A stretch of 29,238 nucleotides of DNA from a virus (taxonomy: Duplodnaviria > Caudoviricetes). How positions within the stretch are numbered: the stretch's first letter is position 1; each line of letters begins with the position of its first letter. A model generated the notes under the pieces. The model was not told where the DNA came from. It made no database searches and saw only the letters and a program-made list of their open reading frames with translations. The position numbers and the translations under genes are program-made. Location of the stretch: IMG/VR virus record IMGVR_UViG_3300005662_000156, positions 1-29,238 of that record, one strand, 5' to 3'. Shown in pieces: positions 1 through 9,694 of the stretch.

Positions 1-1209
1 CCTCAAGCCGACGACCTTATCGAGCGAGCTAAACAGCTATACCTACCCTTAAAAGCTCACTGGCAAGACCAAAAAAAGCAGTTCACATTCCCTCAAGGCG
101 GTCGTCTTCGGTTCCGTCCTCTCGCTAATGACGATGATGCCGAGAAATATCAGGGACAGAACTTAACCCTCTGCTGTATCGAGGAGGCGGGTAACTTCTC
201 CGACCCAAGTTGCATTTGGAAGCTCTTTGGAGCGCTCCGAGGACAGGGTGGTGGTCAGGTCATTCTTACTTTTAACCCAGGCGGCGTAGGCCATACGTGG
301 CTTAAAAGGATGTTTGTAGAACCTAGTCCTATGGGAAAGAAGATCCTATGGAAGGAACTGCCAAACGGCGACAAATTTGACTACATTTACATTCCAAGCA
401 AGGTTTACGATAACCAAATCCTCCTTGCTAAAGACCCTAAGTATATAAGTCGATTGCACATGGTAGGTTCTCCCCAACTTGTCCGTGCATGGCTAGAAGG
501 AGATTGGGAAATCCATGAAGGAGCATTCTTTCCTGAGTTTAGTAGTAAACACATCGTTGCGCCTTTTAACATTCCTAAGCATTGGCCTCGCTACCTTGGC
601 TACGATTGGGGGTATCATAGTCCTTTCGCTGCTGTTTGGGGTGCTGTCAGCTCTGGACGCGATGATCACGGCAATGAGGTTCCGTACCCCAAGGGAGCCA
701 TCATTATCTATCGAGAAATGCACGGAAAAGGCATTGATAACGTCGAACAAGCCAATCGTATCGCCTCCGTCTCGGTTGGTGAGAATGTACAAGCTGCTGC
801 CGACCCCTCCATCTTCAACAATCAGGGAGGACCAACTATTGCAGATCAGTTTCATTCAGTGTTTGCACGGTACAAACACCCAAACTTTAGGCAAGCGGAT
901 AATGAAAGAGCGGGAGGATGGTCACAGATAAGACAGAGGTTGGTGGCAACGCCTCCTCTGTTATATATTACGGCTAACTGTCCTTACCTGTTAGAGACAC
1001 TACCAGCGTTGGCAATTAACAAGAAGAAAATGGAAGACGCCGATAGTACTGGCGACGACCACGCTTGTGATGCTTTACGATATCTGTGTAAAGAGCGTCT
1101 TATTGATAGTAAGTGGCAGCAACCACCTGAAGTGTTTAACAAAGGTGTAATCAAGTTACAGGCATATGTCGCTCAAATGAGAGCAAACGCAGGTAGACCA
1201 AGGATATAA
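1..1209 (+). CDS. terL: Terminase large subunit (5' truncated)
   Basis: Frame 1 is open from base 1 (PQADDLIERAK...), upstream of the listed 310 start. Shows Walker B-like CCIEEAG, motif III LTFNPGG, nuclease GYDWG and DHACDALRY; lies directly before the portal. Confidence 0.95.
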   Translation, partial: PQADDLIERAKQLYLPLKAHWQDQKKQFTFPQGGRLRFRPLANDDDAEKYQGQNLTLCCIEEAGNFSDPSCIWKLFGALRGQGGGQVILTFNPGGVGHTWLKRMFVEPSPMGKKILWKELPNGDKFDYIYIPSKVYDNQILLAKDPKYISRLHMVGSPQLVRAWLEGDWEIHEGAFFPEFSSKHIVAPFNIPKHWPRYLGYDWGYHSPFAAVWGAVSSGRDDHGNEVPYPKGAIIIYREMHGKGIDNVEQANRIASVSVGENVQAAADPSIFNNQGGPTIADQFHSVFARYKHPNFRQADNERAGGWSQIRQRLVATPPLLYITANCPYLLETLPALAINKKKMEDADSTGDDHACDALRYLCKERLIDSKWQQPPEVFNKGVIKLQAYVAQMRANAGRPRI

Positions 1210-1211
1210 GT

Positions 1212-3722
1212 ATGAAGCCACTCGTTGATAAGTACTCAGGTCGCTATTGGAAAATAGAAATAACTAAAGCCAAAGAGCGATCTAAGTCATTCATTGACAT
1301 GGCCGAAGAATCAATTCGAGTCTATAACGCACATAAGCAAATCAATGTACTTACCGATACCGAGCGAAGACTTAATAGTTGGTGGTATTGCGTTAATACT
1401 CTCATGCCTGCTTATTACTCATCTACACCAAAAGCCGAAGTAGGACTCCGCAAGCGAACCGGAGGAATTATAGAAGAACTTTCCGCTACTATTCTCGAGC
1501 GAAATGTTCAGTATCAAATGGACGTAAATTTTCCATTCGATACCATTGGATCTAACGCAACATTGCAGTTTCTCCTTACAGGCCGTGCGGTTTTGTGGCC
1601 TCGCTACGAAGTAGAACTTGACGATGAGATGGTAGAAATTGCCATCTTTAAGGCACCAGACGGCACATACGTTGACGATAAGGGTGCGCCATTTGATATT
1701 ACCGACAAAGAGTTACGCCAAGGTCCAGGCAACATTACTCTTGTAAAAATTACTATTGAAGCAAAGAAAGAAGAGTACGCTTGCCTTGATGTAGTGCAAT
1801 ACAGCGATTATTTCTGCTCGGATGCTCGTAACGAAACTGAAGTTGAATGGAGAGCAAAACGCGCTTACTTAACTCGCGAAACAGCAGAAAAACTTTTTGG
1901 AAACCGCGCAGACAAACTTAAATACGATTCGTTTCCTGATAAAAATAGTCGCGACCGTCAACGAGATAATACAAACATTGAAGGTAAGGCTGAAATTTAC
2001 GAAATCTGGTGCGAAGACGCAGAGCGAGTATTTTGGTATAGCGATAGTTTTGAAGAAGGAATTATTTTGGAGTCCGAGCCTCCATTTGAGTTCGAAGATT
2101 TCTATCCTTGCACTATTATAGCGCAAAGCACCGATCCAGATTCTGTGCTTCCAGTATCTGACTATGCTCACGTTAAAGACCAGATTCTTGAGGTAGAGCG
2201 TCTCACCACCCGCATTCATGCCGTAACTCAAGCTATTCGCACCAACGCTCTTTATGACTCAAGCCTTGGAAACCAAGTAGAGCAAATGCTTATTGGTGAC
2301 CTTAAAATGGTGCCAGTTATTAACTGGCCGTCATATAAAGGCAGAGGCGGTCTTGCAAATGGCGTAGAGTTTATGGATGTGACTCCATATATTAACGCAC
2401 TTCAAGTGCTGCAGGCAGCTCGCCAAACGGCCTTACAACAGCTTTACGAAACACTAAAAGTTTCAGACCTTCTTCGCGGAACAAGCGAACAATATAAGTC
2501 AGCCACTGCAAATCGCCTTGAAAACGCATGGTCCTCAATGGGACTTATTGTGCGTCAAAATATGTTCACCAAGTTTATGTCGGACGGCATTGAAAAACTT
2601 GGTACAATTATTGCGTCACAATTTGAGCCAGAGGACATATTTGAGATCGGAGATGCGGATAGACTTATATCGGCAGTTCTTCCTCCACCACCTCCACCTC
2701 CAGTAGGTCCAGACGGACAGCCTATTCCTGTCCCTCTTCCAGACCCACAGATACAGATAGACCAAGTTAAACAACAAATTATTGGTTTGTATCGTAATGA
2801 CGATAGGCTTTCATACCGCATTCGAATTGCTTCAGATTCAATGGTTGCCGTTGATCAAGCACAAGAACAGCAAGAAAGCGCGCAACTCATGTCAACCACA
2901 GGAGAGTTTTTCAACCAAATGCGGTCGCTTATTGAGCAGTACCCACCGCTACTTGGGTTTTCTATAGAGCTATTTCAAAATGTTATTAAACGCTTTAAAG
3001 GTGGCAAGGAATTGGATGGAATCTTTACTAAGGCGCTTGCACAGATCGGTGAAATCGCTGCGGCAAAGGAGGAAGCTGCGAAACAACCGCCGCCGCCAGA
3101 TCCTGTCATGCAAGAAGTTCAGGGACGCTTGCAAATAGCACAACTTGAATCGCAAGCACGTATCGAAGCAACTCGATTGCAAATGGCCGATGCTCACGAA
3201 AAGAACATGCTAGCATTCCAAGAACAGCAAATTAAAGCTCAACGAGAACAGTTAATGTCTCAGCTTGAGATTCAAAAGCAACAGTTTAACGAGTACATAA
3301 AACAGCAAGAAGTAGCGATCTCGCAACAAGAGGCGCAAGTTAAGGCTAATAGCGTACAAGTAGACATGCTTAAAGTTCAGGCAATGACTGAATCTGAGGC
3401 TTCTAAACAAGCTATTACACAAGAAAGCAATCGCATGTCGCAAATTCTTGAGATTCAAAAACTCGAGCTTGAACAAATGCGTATGCGTTTAGTTGAATCA
3501 GAAAAGCTCATGGAAGAGCGACGTCTTGAATCTGAGCAACAACTTGAAAAGATCCGTATCGCTATGGATTCTATCAAGGTAGGTTCGCAAGAGGCTACAA
3601 AGTCTCAACCAATTGTTATCAATAATGTCATTCCAAAACGTGCAAAACGTGTTGGTAAGGTAACAATGGATGAATTCGGTAATCCAAGCATTGAGCTTAA
3701 CGACATGGATGAAGAGGCATAA
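1212..3722 (+). CDS. Portal protein with long C-terminal coiled-coil (P22-like barrel)
   Basis: 836 aa directly after terL; globular N-terminal ~600 aa, Q/E-rich coiled-coil C-terminus, polyproline linkers; SD AGGA upstream. Confidence 0.88.
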   Translation: MKPLVDKYSGRYWKIEITKAKERSKSFIDMAEESIRVYNAHKQINVLTDTERRLNSWWYCVNTLMPAYYSSTPKAEVGLRKRTGGIIEELSATILERNVQYQMDVNFPFDTIGSNATLQFLLTGRAVLWPRYEVELDDEMVEIAIFKAPDGTYVDDKGAPFDITDKELRQGPGNITLVKITIEAKKEEYACLDVVQYSDYFCSDARNETEVEWRAKRAYLTRETAEKLFGNRADKLKYDSFPDKNSRDRQRDNTNIEGKAEIYEIWCEDAERVFWYSDSFEEGIILESEPPFEFEDFYPCTIIAQSTDPDSVLPVSDYAHVKDQILEVERLTTRIHAVTQAIRTNALYDSSLGNQVEQMLIGDLKMVPVINWPSYKGRGGLANGVEFMDVTPYINALQVLQAARQTALQQLYETLKVSDLLRGTSEQYKSATANRLENAWSSMGLIVRQNMFTKFMSDGIEKLGTIIASQFEPEDIFEIGDADRLISAVLPPPPPPPVGPDGQPIPVPLPDPQIQIDQVKQQIIGLYRNDDRLSYRIRIASDSMVAVDQAQEQQESAQLMSTTGEFFNQMRSLIEQYPPLLGFSIELFQNVIKRFKGGKELDGIFTKALAQIGEIAAAKEEAAKQPPPPDPVMQEVQGRLQIAQLESQARIEATRLQMADAHEKNMLAFQEQQIKAQREQLMSQLEIQKQQFNEYIKQQEVAISQQEAQVKANSVQVDMLKVQAMTESEASKQAITQESNRMSQILEIQKLELEQMRMRLVESEKLMEERRLESEQQLEKIRIAMDSIKVGSQEATKSQPIVINNVIPKRAKRVGKVTMDEFGNPSIELNDMDEEA

Positions 3723-3724
3723 AC

Positions 3725-5446
3725 GTGTCAGATAACGTAACAGTATCTAACTCACCTACAAGCATTAACACTGACATACCTGTTCGCACACTTGATAAGG
3801 GTGGCGAGCAGGTACAAGTCATGACTGTAGATTGGGGTGGTGCTGGCGCAGAGAATCTTACTGTTCCAGACTTTGCTACGGAAACAACATTGTCGGCTCT
3901 GGAAGGAAAAGACTTTGCCACCGAAAACACTTTGCAAAGTATTAACGCTGCAATCGCTGGCGGCTTGTATTTCAACATTACAACCAACTCAGACATTCTC
4001 GGCGTAAGCGTTGGAGGCCGAAGAAACAATGAGATCGAACTAAGTTTCTTTGACTCGTTTGATGCAAATCTTATTAACAACACTCATAGTACTACTGGTT
4101 CAGCAACCATTACAGCAGGACACGCACAATACAGCACTGGAACTAATACAAACGGTGCTTCGCGTGGAGAAACCATTTACAAATGTAACTACAGACCTGC
4201 ACACGAAGAATACGCTTTTTTTACTGCGGCATTTACAACAGGAATTGCAAACTCATATCAGCGCATTGGTATTTACGATACTGATAATGGCGCTTTCATT
4301 GGATACGAAGGTACGTCATTTGGCGTGACGCTTCGTAGTGGAACTAGTGATACAAGAATAGCGCGAACAAGTTGGAATGGCGATCCGCTTGATGGTTCTG
4401 TTGGCTCAATCTTTACTCGTGCTGGCACACCAGAAGCAATCAATCTTGCGTATTCAAATCTTTATCGCATTCGATTTGCTTGGCTTGGCTCAGCATCATT
4501 TATATTTGAAGTGTTTAGTCCTGACGCAAAATGGGTAACCTTCCACACCATTCGCATACCTAACTCACAACTTGCACCGTCAATTCAAACTCCTAATCTT
4601 GGAATGAAACTTGAATGCGTTAAATCAGGTGGTGGAGCCACAAATTTATCAATTTACACAGCATGTTGGGCGGCTGGAACTACATCAGATTACAATCCAG
4701 TTACAGAAACTCTTACTGATTACAGCATGGCTAACCTTACCCGTGCTATTATTGCCGGACGCTCCAGCACTGGTGGTGGAACGTACTACAACGTAAAAGT
4801 TAATCCGTCTGGTTCCCTTATTACTGCTATTGGCGATATCACAGGCATTGTTGGCCAAAATACGATGGCAAACAGCTTGCCAGTAGCTATAGCAAGTAAC
4901 CAAACTGCCATACCTGTTACAGATAATGGTGGTTCACTTACAGTTGACGGTACTGTAGCTGCAACACAAAGCGGCACTTGGAACATTAACAATGTAAGCG
5001 GCACGATTAGTTTACCTACGGGTGCTGCAACAGAAACAACGCTTTCCACCCTCAATGGTAAAGTTACGGCATGTAACACAGGTGCAGTTACTATCTCTAC
5101 GGCTTTACCTGCTGGAACAAATAACATAGGCGATGTTGATGTTCTTACGTTGCCGGATGTTGCGCTGAAGAATTATTCAACAAGTGCTGTAACAAGTGTC
5201 GTTTCAGCGGCAACAAGCACAAGTGTTCTTGCGAGTAACGCAAATCGCCGCATGGCAATCATGGTGAATGACACCGACAGAAACACTTATGTAAAACTTG
5301 GTGCTACTGCTAGTACAACCAGTTTTTCGTACAAACTGTCGCCTGGTCAAATATTGGAACTTCCTATTCCAATTTATACAGGCGCTATTGATGCTATATG
5401 GGATGCAAGTCCGACGGGTAGTATGCGGGTTACGGAGATCACATAA
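3725..5446 (+). CDS. Putative virion fibre/appendage protein (beta-rich central domain, ATETTL repeats, small C-terminal beta domain)
   Basis: 573 aa, GTG start with GAGG upstream; T/S/G/A-rich; central QRIGIYD..WNGDPLDG..WLG segment resembles uncharacterised phage virion proteins (recall). Confidence 0.6.
   Translation: MSDNVTVSNSPTSINTDIPVRTLDKGGEQVQVMTVDWGGAGAENLTVPDFATETTLSALEGKDFATENTLQSINAAIAGGLYFNITTNSDILGVSVGGRRNNEIELSFFDSFDANLINNTHSTTGSATITAGHAQYSTGTNTNGASRGETIYKCNYRPAHEEYAFFTAAFTTGIANSYQRIGIYDTDNGAFIGYEGTSFGVTLRSGTSDTRIARTSWNGDPLDGSVGSIFTRAGTPEAINLAYSNLYRIRFAWLGSASFIFEVFSPDAKWVTFHTIRIPNSQLAPSIQTPNLGMKLECVKSGGGATNLSIYTACWAAGTTSDYNPVTETLTDYSMANLTRAIIAGRSSTGGGTYYNVKVNPSGSLITAIGDITGIVGQNTMANSLPVAIASNQTAIPVTDNGGSLTVDGTVAATQSGTWNINNVSGTISLPTGAATETTLSTLNGKVTACNTGAVTISTALPAGTNNIGDVDVLTLPDVALKNYSTSAVTSVVSAATSTSVLASNANRRMAIMVNDTDRNTYVKLGATASTTSFSYKLSPGQILELPIPIYTGAIDAIWDASPTGSMRVTEIT
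3869..3934 (+). repeat. 42-nt (14-aa) in-frame tandem repeat DFATETTL/DFATENTL
   Basis: GACTTTGC at 3869 and 3911; a third related copy ATETTLSTLNGK at ~5027. Confidence 0.75.
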
Positions 5447-5976
5447 TGCCAGTTTATGGATCAGATGTACCTGTAGGTGCTGGCATGATTTGGTATACCA
5501 ATACCGCTCCCGCTGGCTGGTTAATTGCTGATGGTAGTAGCTTAAACCGAGCTGATTACCCAAAACTGTTTGCCGTAATAAACACTACTTACGGTTCAGC
5601 AAGCGGCACAACCTTTAACATTCCTGACCTTAGACAGCGTTTCCCGATGGGTAAAGCGGCTTCTGGCACAGGCAACACTCTTGCTGGAACAGGCGGTAGT
5701 ATAGACCATACCCATAGCGTTCCTGCGCATTATCACGGGATGGGAACTGGTGCTGATTTGGCAGTTAGCAATTCTCCTAGTGGTTACAGTGCTTGGGGTG
5801 GTCAAATTACGACAACAGCTCCAAAAGGAGATACTTCTGCTGGATCTTATACAGCGCCAAGTATTTCAGGTCGCATTGGTCTTGTAACAGGTGGAGTTGA
5901 TGGTAACGCTGCTATGACCTCTGGTAGTCAAAACTCCCCTTATTTGGTTGTTAATTACATCATAAAAGCCACATGA
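5446..5976 (+). CDS. Phage tail-collar domain protein
   Basis: Collar signature PVGAGMIW..APAGWLIADGSSLNRADYPKLFAVI...FNIPDLRQRFPMG, H-x-H motifs and C-terminal PYLVVNYIIK. Confidence 0.9.
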   Translation: MPVYGSDVPVGAGMIWYTNTAPAGWLIADGSSLNRADYPKLFAVINTTYGSASGTTFNIPDLRQRFPMGKAASGTGNTLAGTGGSIDHTHSVPAHYHGMGTGADLAVSNSPSGYSAWGGQITTTAPKGDTSAGSYTAPSISGRIGLVTGGVDGNAAMTSGSQNSPYLVVNYIIKAT

Positions 5977-6293
5977 GCCTGTTACTGCTTCTTAACCCAA
6001 AGCAGTACGGTGGTGAGGTTGTAACGCCAGACACTAGCGATATTTTGGATGTTTACCGAAAGCGCCGTAAAAAGCGTGAGGATGAACTACTAGAAGAAGA
6101 AATTGCCGCACAACTTCTTAAAAAACGACAAAAAGATATAGTAATACCTGAAAAAATAAATAAGATTAAATTAGCTAGCGTATTACAAGGCAAATTGTTT
6201 GATACGCCAAAAGCCGATGAGGTTGCTGGAAAAGAGCGAGCAAATAGAGTTCGTTTATTAATGATGGTTTTAATCTTGGACGAGTATGAGTAA
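5973..6293 (+). CDS. Hypothetical protein (hydrophobic N- and C-terminal tips)
   Basis: 106 aa; ATGA overlap with the collar gene; MSLLLLL start, LLMMVLILDEYE end. Confidence 0.7.
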   Translation: MSLLLLLNPKQYGGEVVTPDTSDILDVYRKRRKKREDELLEEEIAAQLLKKRQKDIVIPEKINKIKLASVLQGKLFDTPKADEVAGKERANRVRLLMMVLILDEYE

Positions 6294-6603
6294 ATACAAA
6301 CTATTTCAGTGGTGTCCGATACAAGAAAAGGTTGTTTCAGTTGATGAAGTAATGGTGCGAGTTCATGCCAATGCAGCGCATAACTTTATCCACGACGAAA
6401 TGCCTCCCACGCGAAACCCACTAAATCCTAAAGAAATTTACACAAGCAAAAGCAAACTGCGAGCGGCTTATAGAGCTGCTGGCGCGATAGAAGTAGGTGA
6501 CTCATACGACCGTGGGTATTCCCCTGAAAAGGAAAGTTCCTCGCGAGAAAAGGCTGTAGTCGCTAATTTTATGAAACAAGTAAGGGACAGAGCAAATGGA
6601 TAA
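6286..6603 (+). CDS. Conserved hypothetical protein preceding scaffold
   Basis: 105 aa overlapping both neighbours; IYTSKSKLRAAY...IEVGD resembles small pre-scaffold proteins of podoviruses (recall). Confidence 0.7.
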   Translation: MSKYKLFQWCPIQEKVVSVDEVMVRVHANAAHNFIHDEMPPTRNPLNPKEIYTSKSKLRAAYRAAGAIEVGDSYDRGYSPEKESSSREKAVVANFMKQVRDRANG

Positions 6604-7687
6604 CGTAGAAAATCAAGTAGAAGAAGCGCAAGACGCTAAACCGTCACTAAGAGAGTCTATTGGTCGTTCTTTGGCCGCTCAAAATATAGATACTGAGCCA
6701 CAAACACCCACAATAATTGAAGATTCAAAAGAAGCCGTTGCCTTAGACGAATCCTTGGAAACTTTAGAACCTCAAGAAGCTCCTGCATTGCAAGAGAGTG
6801 TATCACCAGTAGAGACACCTGCAGTGGAGCGAATTCCATTGGTTCCTCCCGCAGATATGAACAAGTTGGAAAAAGACGCTTTTCTTAATCCAACAATAGA
6901 CAATGCACATATTTTGCAACAATACATGAACCGACGTGCGTATGAGACTCGCACGGATTATCAACGCAAGATGCAGGAAGTCGAGGATCTTAGAAAGAAA
7001 ACCTCGTCCGTTTATGACACGATTAAAGAATATGAAGATGACTATGCTCGCAAAGGCATAAACATTGGAGATATTACTAAGCGATCCATTGCTTGGGATA
7101 AGGCAATGCAAAGCAGTCCTGTTGAAACTGCATTGGAATGGCTGGACTCTTATGGCCTAACTTTAGAAGATTTAAAAAATCGTTCTATACCGCAAAATGC
7201 AGCAGCGGCTCAAGTTCCAACAAATTATTTGACTAGAGAGCAGGCCGAAAAAATAGCGGAAGATAAAGCTCGCGCTTTGTTTGAACAACAGCAAGAAGAA
7301 CAGAAACAATCTGCCGTTGCTTATTTTAATGAGCGAGTTGTACAATCTTTCATGACAGCCAAGCCACTTTTTCGCGACCCAGAAACAGCTTCGCAATTAG
7401 AAGCTGAAATGGCACCGATAGTAAGTGCGCTCTCTAGCACAGGCAAGTACAGCTCTCCCGAAGAGATCCTGGAAACTGCCTATAACTATGTAGTGGCTGG
7501 CAACCCGACCTTTTCCAGTCTTCAATCAGCGATGACTGCAAGGCCGATGGTAGAACAAAAACAAGCCGTCGCTCAAAAAGCAAAAGCGGCTTCAAAGACA
7601 ATATCTGGCTCCGCTGGTTCGGGGACTCCCAGATCGGAAATACGACACTTGAGGGACAACTTGCGGCGTCGTCTTGGCGGCGAATAG
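6596..7687 (+). CDS. Capsid scaffolding protein
   Basis: 363 aa; acidic disordered N-terminus, helical/coiled-coil body, basic C-terminal helix LRDNLRRRL; immediately upstream of the major capsid gene. Confidence 0.8.
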   Translation: MDNVENQVEEAQDAKPSLRESIGRSLAAQNIDTEPQTPTIIEDSKEAVALDESLETLEPQEAPALQESVSPVETPAVERIPLVPPADMNKLEKDAFLNPTIDNAHILQQYMNRRAYETRTDYQRKMQEVEDLRKKTSSVYDTIKEYEDDYARKGINIGDITKRSIAWDKAMQSSPVETALEWLDSYGLTLEDLKNRSIPQNAAAAQVPTNYLTREQAEKIAEDKARALFEQQQEEQKQSAVAYFNERVVQSFMTAKPLFRDPETASQLEAEMAPIVSALSSTGKYSSPEEILETAYNYVVAGNPTFSSLQSAMTARPMVEQKQAVAQKAKAASKTISGSAGSGTPRSEIRHLRDNLRRRLGGE

Positions 7688-7743
7688 CGCATAGCTATTT
7701 TAGTTGTCCTTCGTAATAAATTTAAAAGGACAACTAAAATGGC
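7651..7743 (+). promoter_or_regulatory. RBS/AUG-sequestering hairpin with competing alternative structure (candidate RNA switch)
   Basis: Perfect 15-bp inverted repeat 7697-7711/7726-7740 (18 bp with one G.U) covering AAGGA and ATG; 7651-7661 can pair instead with 7702-7712. Confidence 0.75.
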
Positions 7744-8695
7744 AAATTTAGAAGAAGCAGTGGTAGCTACCCTGTTTGATCAAAGCGATCAAATTGCGGA
7801 CGAGGTTTTACATCATAACCCACTTATGAAATCTCTTGATGCTCAGGGACTTATTCGTAGGTTCTCTGGTGGATATGAGCTTCGTAAGCCAATCATGTAC
7901 AATGATACGGCTCAGGGTAATTTCTATTCGGGTTATTCTTCGTTTAACCTTGATGCAATCGACGACCTTACGGCGTTCCGATTCGCTATTAAGCAGTGTT
8001 ATGAGCCTGTAGCTATCTCTGGTCGTGAGCGACGAGCCAACAGAGATCAAGCACAGCTTCTTGACCTTGTTGAATCGAAGATGAATGCGTCTATCGCTCG
8101 ACTTAAAAACACAGTGTCAACCTCGCTTCGTGGCGACGGAACTGGCTCTGGAGGACTTGAGTTTGACGGTATTAAGAAAGCGGTTTCGACTTCACCTTCT
8201 TCCGGTACCTATGGAACGATTGATCGTACTTCCAATGCTTTTGCACGTAACCTTGCAGTAAACGTCACACTTTCTGCTTCAAACGTACAAGAGCAAATCA
8301 CGGATGCAATCAGCCAGATCACTCGTGGTGATGAGCAGCCTGACCTTGGACTTATGGATCGAACAGCATGGAAATTCCTACATAGCTCGCTTACGGCTAT
8401 TCAGCGCATTCAGCTTCCTGCAAAGAAGGCTGTCGCTGGATTCCGCGTTCTTAGCTATGACGGATGTGACTTTGTGTTTGATGGTGGATATGGCTCTACG
8501 GTTCTTGAAACCAATAGCTGTCGCCTTTTGAACACAAAATACTGGTCGATGGACTTAGTCCGAGGAGCAGATTTTAAGCCTTTGGCACCTGAAATGACAC
8601 GTCCTGTTGACCAGGATGCGTTCTTCACCGTGATCATTGTAGAGGGTAACCTCTGCTGTGCTGCTCCTGCGCTTCAGGCTGTTATTTACGCTTAA
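7739..8695 (+). CDS. Major capsid protein (podovirus type)
   Basis: 318 aa; IADEVLHHNPL, FSGG, GDGTGSGGLEFDG, GTYGTIDR motifs match a podoviral major capsid family (recall); follows the scaffold. Confidence 0.92.
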   Translation: MANLEEAVVATLFDQSDQIADEVLHHNPLMKSLDAQGLIRRFSGGYELRKPIMYNDTAQGNFYSGYSSFNLDAIDDLTAFRFAIKQCYEPVAISGRERRANRDQAQLLDLVESKMNASIARLKNTVSTSLRGDGTGSGGLEFDGIKKAVSTSPSSGTYGTIDRTSNAFARNLAVNVTLSASNVQEQITDAISQITRGDEQPDLGLMDRTAWKFLHSSLTAIQRIQLPAKKAVAGFRVLSYDGCDFVFDGGYGSTVLETNSCRLLNTKYWSMDLVRGADFKPLAPEMTRPVDQDAFFTVIIVEGNLCCAAPALQAVIYA

Positions 8696-8713
8696 TTGTA
8701 GGAGGAACATAAT

Positions 8714-9193
8714 ATGTCAGGTTCAGGATCATTTGGAGTTAATTACAAGAAGGTATGGGATGGTGTTTCATCTCCTCTTCCTGCCAAGCTCAAAGACGTT
8801 GGCCATTCGACAGAAGGGTCTTTTGTATTTGTTCAAGCAAATGGCGCGATTGCTCAGTATGACTTTGTGCATATTGATACCGAAGGCCAAGCTGCTAAAT
8901 GCACAACGACTCTTGCTGCTCAAACTAGCCAGGTTGGTGCTGCTCAGGTAGCTGCTGCTGACAACGAATACCTTTGGGTATGGATTGGTGGAGAGCAGGG
9001 TGGTGGAACGGGTAAGGGAATTAAAGGCAGTATCCTTACTGGGTATGTTGCTAAAAACACCCTTTACACAACTGCTACTGCCGGTTCTGCTGATGACACT
9101 GCTACGACTAAGTTGATTGGAGTAGTGGGTCTTACAGCTACCACAGCAACTCAGGCTGTAGAGCTTACTTCCACGTCAATCATCACAACCTAG
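8714..9193 (+). CDS. Putative capsid cement/decoration protein
   Basis: 159 aa, A/T/G-rich beta protein directly after the capsid gene; strong SD AGGAGG. Confidence 0.65.
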   Translation: MSGSGSFGVNYKKVWDGVSSPLPAKLKDVGHSTEGSFVFVQANGAIAQYDFVHIDTEGQAAKCTTTLAAQTSQVGAAQVAAADNEYLWVWIGGEQGGGTGKGIKGSILTGYVAKNTLYTTATAGSADDTATTKLIGVVGLTATTATQAVELTSTSIITT

Positions 9194-9203
9194 TTGTGTA
9201 ATA

Positions 9204-9227
9204 GAGGGAGGCTTGTACAGCTCCCTC
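9204..9227 (+). promoter_or_regulatory. Leader hairpin, copy 1
   Basis: GAGGGAG-G-CT-TGTAC-AG-CTCCCTC; near-identical copy at 9654-9677. Confidence 0.65.
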
Positions 9228-9244
9228 GCTTCTAAGGAGATTAT

Positions 9245-9649
9245 ATGTCACTTCTTACAGATTTGATTGGTTTGGGACTTCCTCCAGAGCAAGCAAATGT
9301 GTTGTCAACTTTTAGCATTACGTCGGCTCCTGCACTCTCATCGAGTGGAAGTTTGACTGCTACTGGCACAACAATTGCAGATGCTCTTGCTCTTACATCG
9401 TTTCTTAACCTTGTAGGAACCACTGCTGCCTCGACAGGAGTTAAACTTCCTGATGTTCAGATTGGTGGAATCGTGGTTGTGCAAAACAATGGCGCAAATG
9501 CTCTTAACGTATTCCCGCATTCATCACTAGGAACACTTAACGGTGGTACTGCTGGTGCTGCGGTAACGTGTGCTGCTGCGGCTGGTAACATTTGTATTAA
9601 ACGCTCGTCAACAGATTGGCTTGTATACGTTGTTGCTAAGGAATCATAA
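9245..9649 (+). CDS. Putative virion structural (capsid accessory) protein
   Basis: 134 aa, SD AAGGAG; LTATGTT..DAL, GVKLP, VQNNGANALNVFP motifs recalled from podoviral structural proteins. Confidence 0.65.
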   Translation: MSLLTDLIGLGLPPEQANVLSTFSITSAPALSSSGSLTATGTTIADALALTSFLNLVGTTAASTGVKLPDVQIGGIVVVQNNGANALNVFPHSSLGTLNGGTAGAAVTCAAAAGNICIKRSSTDWLVYVVAKES

Positions 9650-9653
9650 CAAA

Positions 9654-9677
9654 TGGGGAGGCTTGTTCAGCTCCCCA
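9654..9677 (+). promoter_or_regulatory. Leader hairpin, copy 2
   Basis: TGGGGAG-G-CT-TGTTC-AG-CTCCCCA; compensatory changes at the stem base relative to copy 1. Confidence 0.65.
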
Positions 9678-9694
9678 CATTTCATTGGTGATTT

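Noticed and set aside
8658-8951. Capsid C-terminal extension by frameshift or readthrough
   Set aside because: No slippery heptamer near the capsid stop; the next gene has its own strong SD.
9184-9198. CACAAC/GTTGTG mini-hairpin over the stop codon
   Set aside because: 6 bp with a 3-nt loop; within chance expectation.
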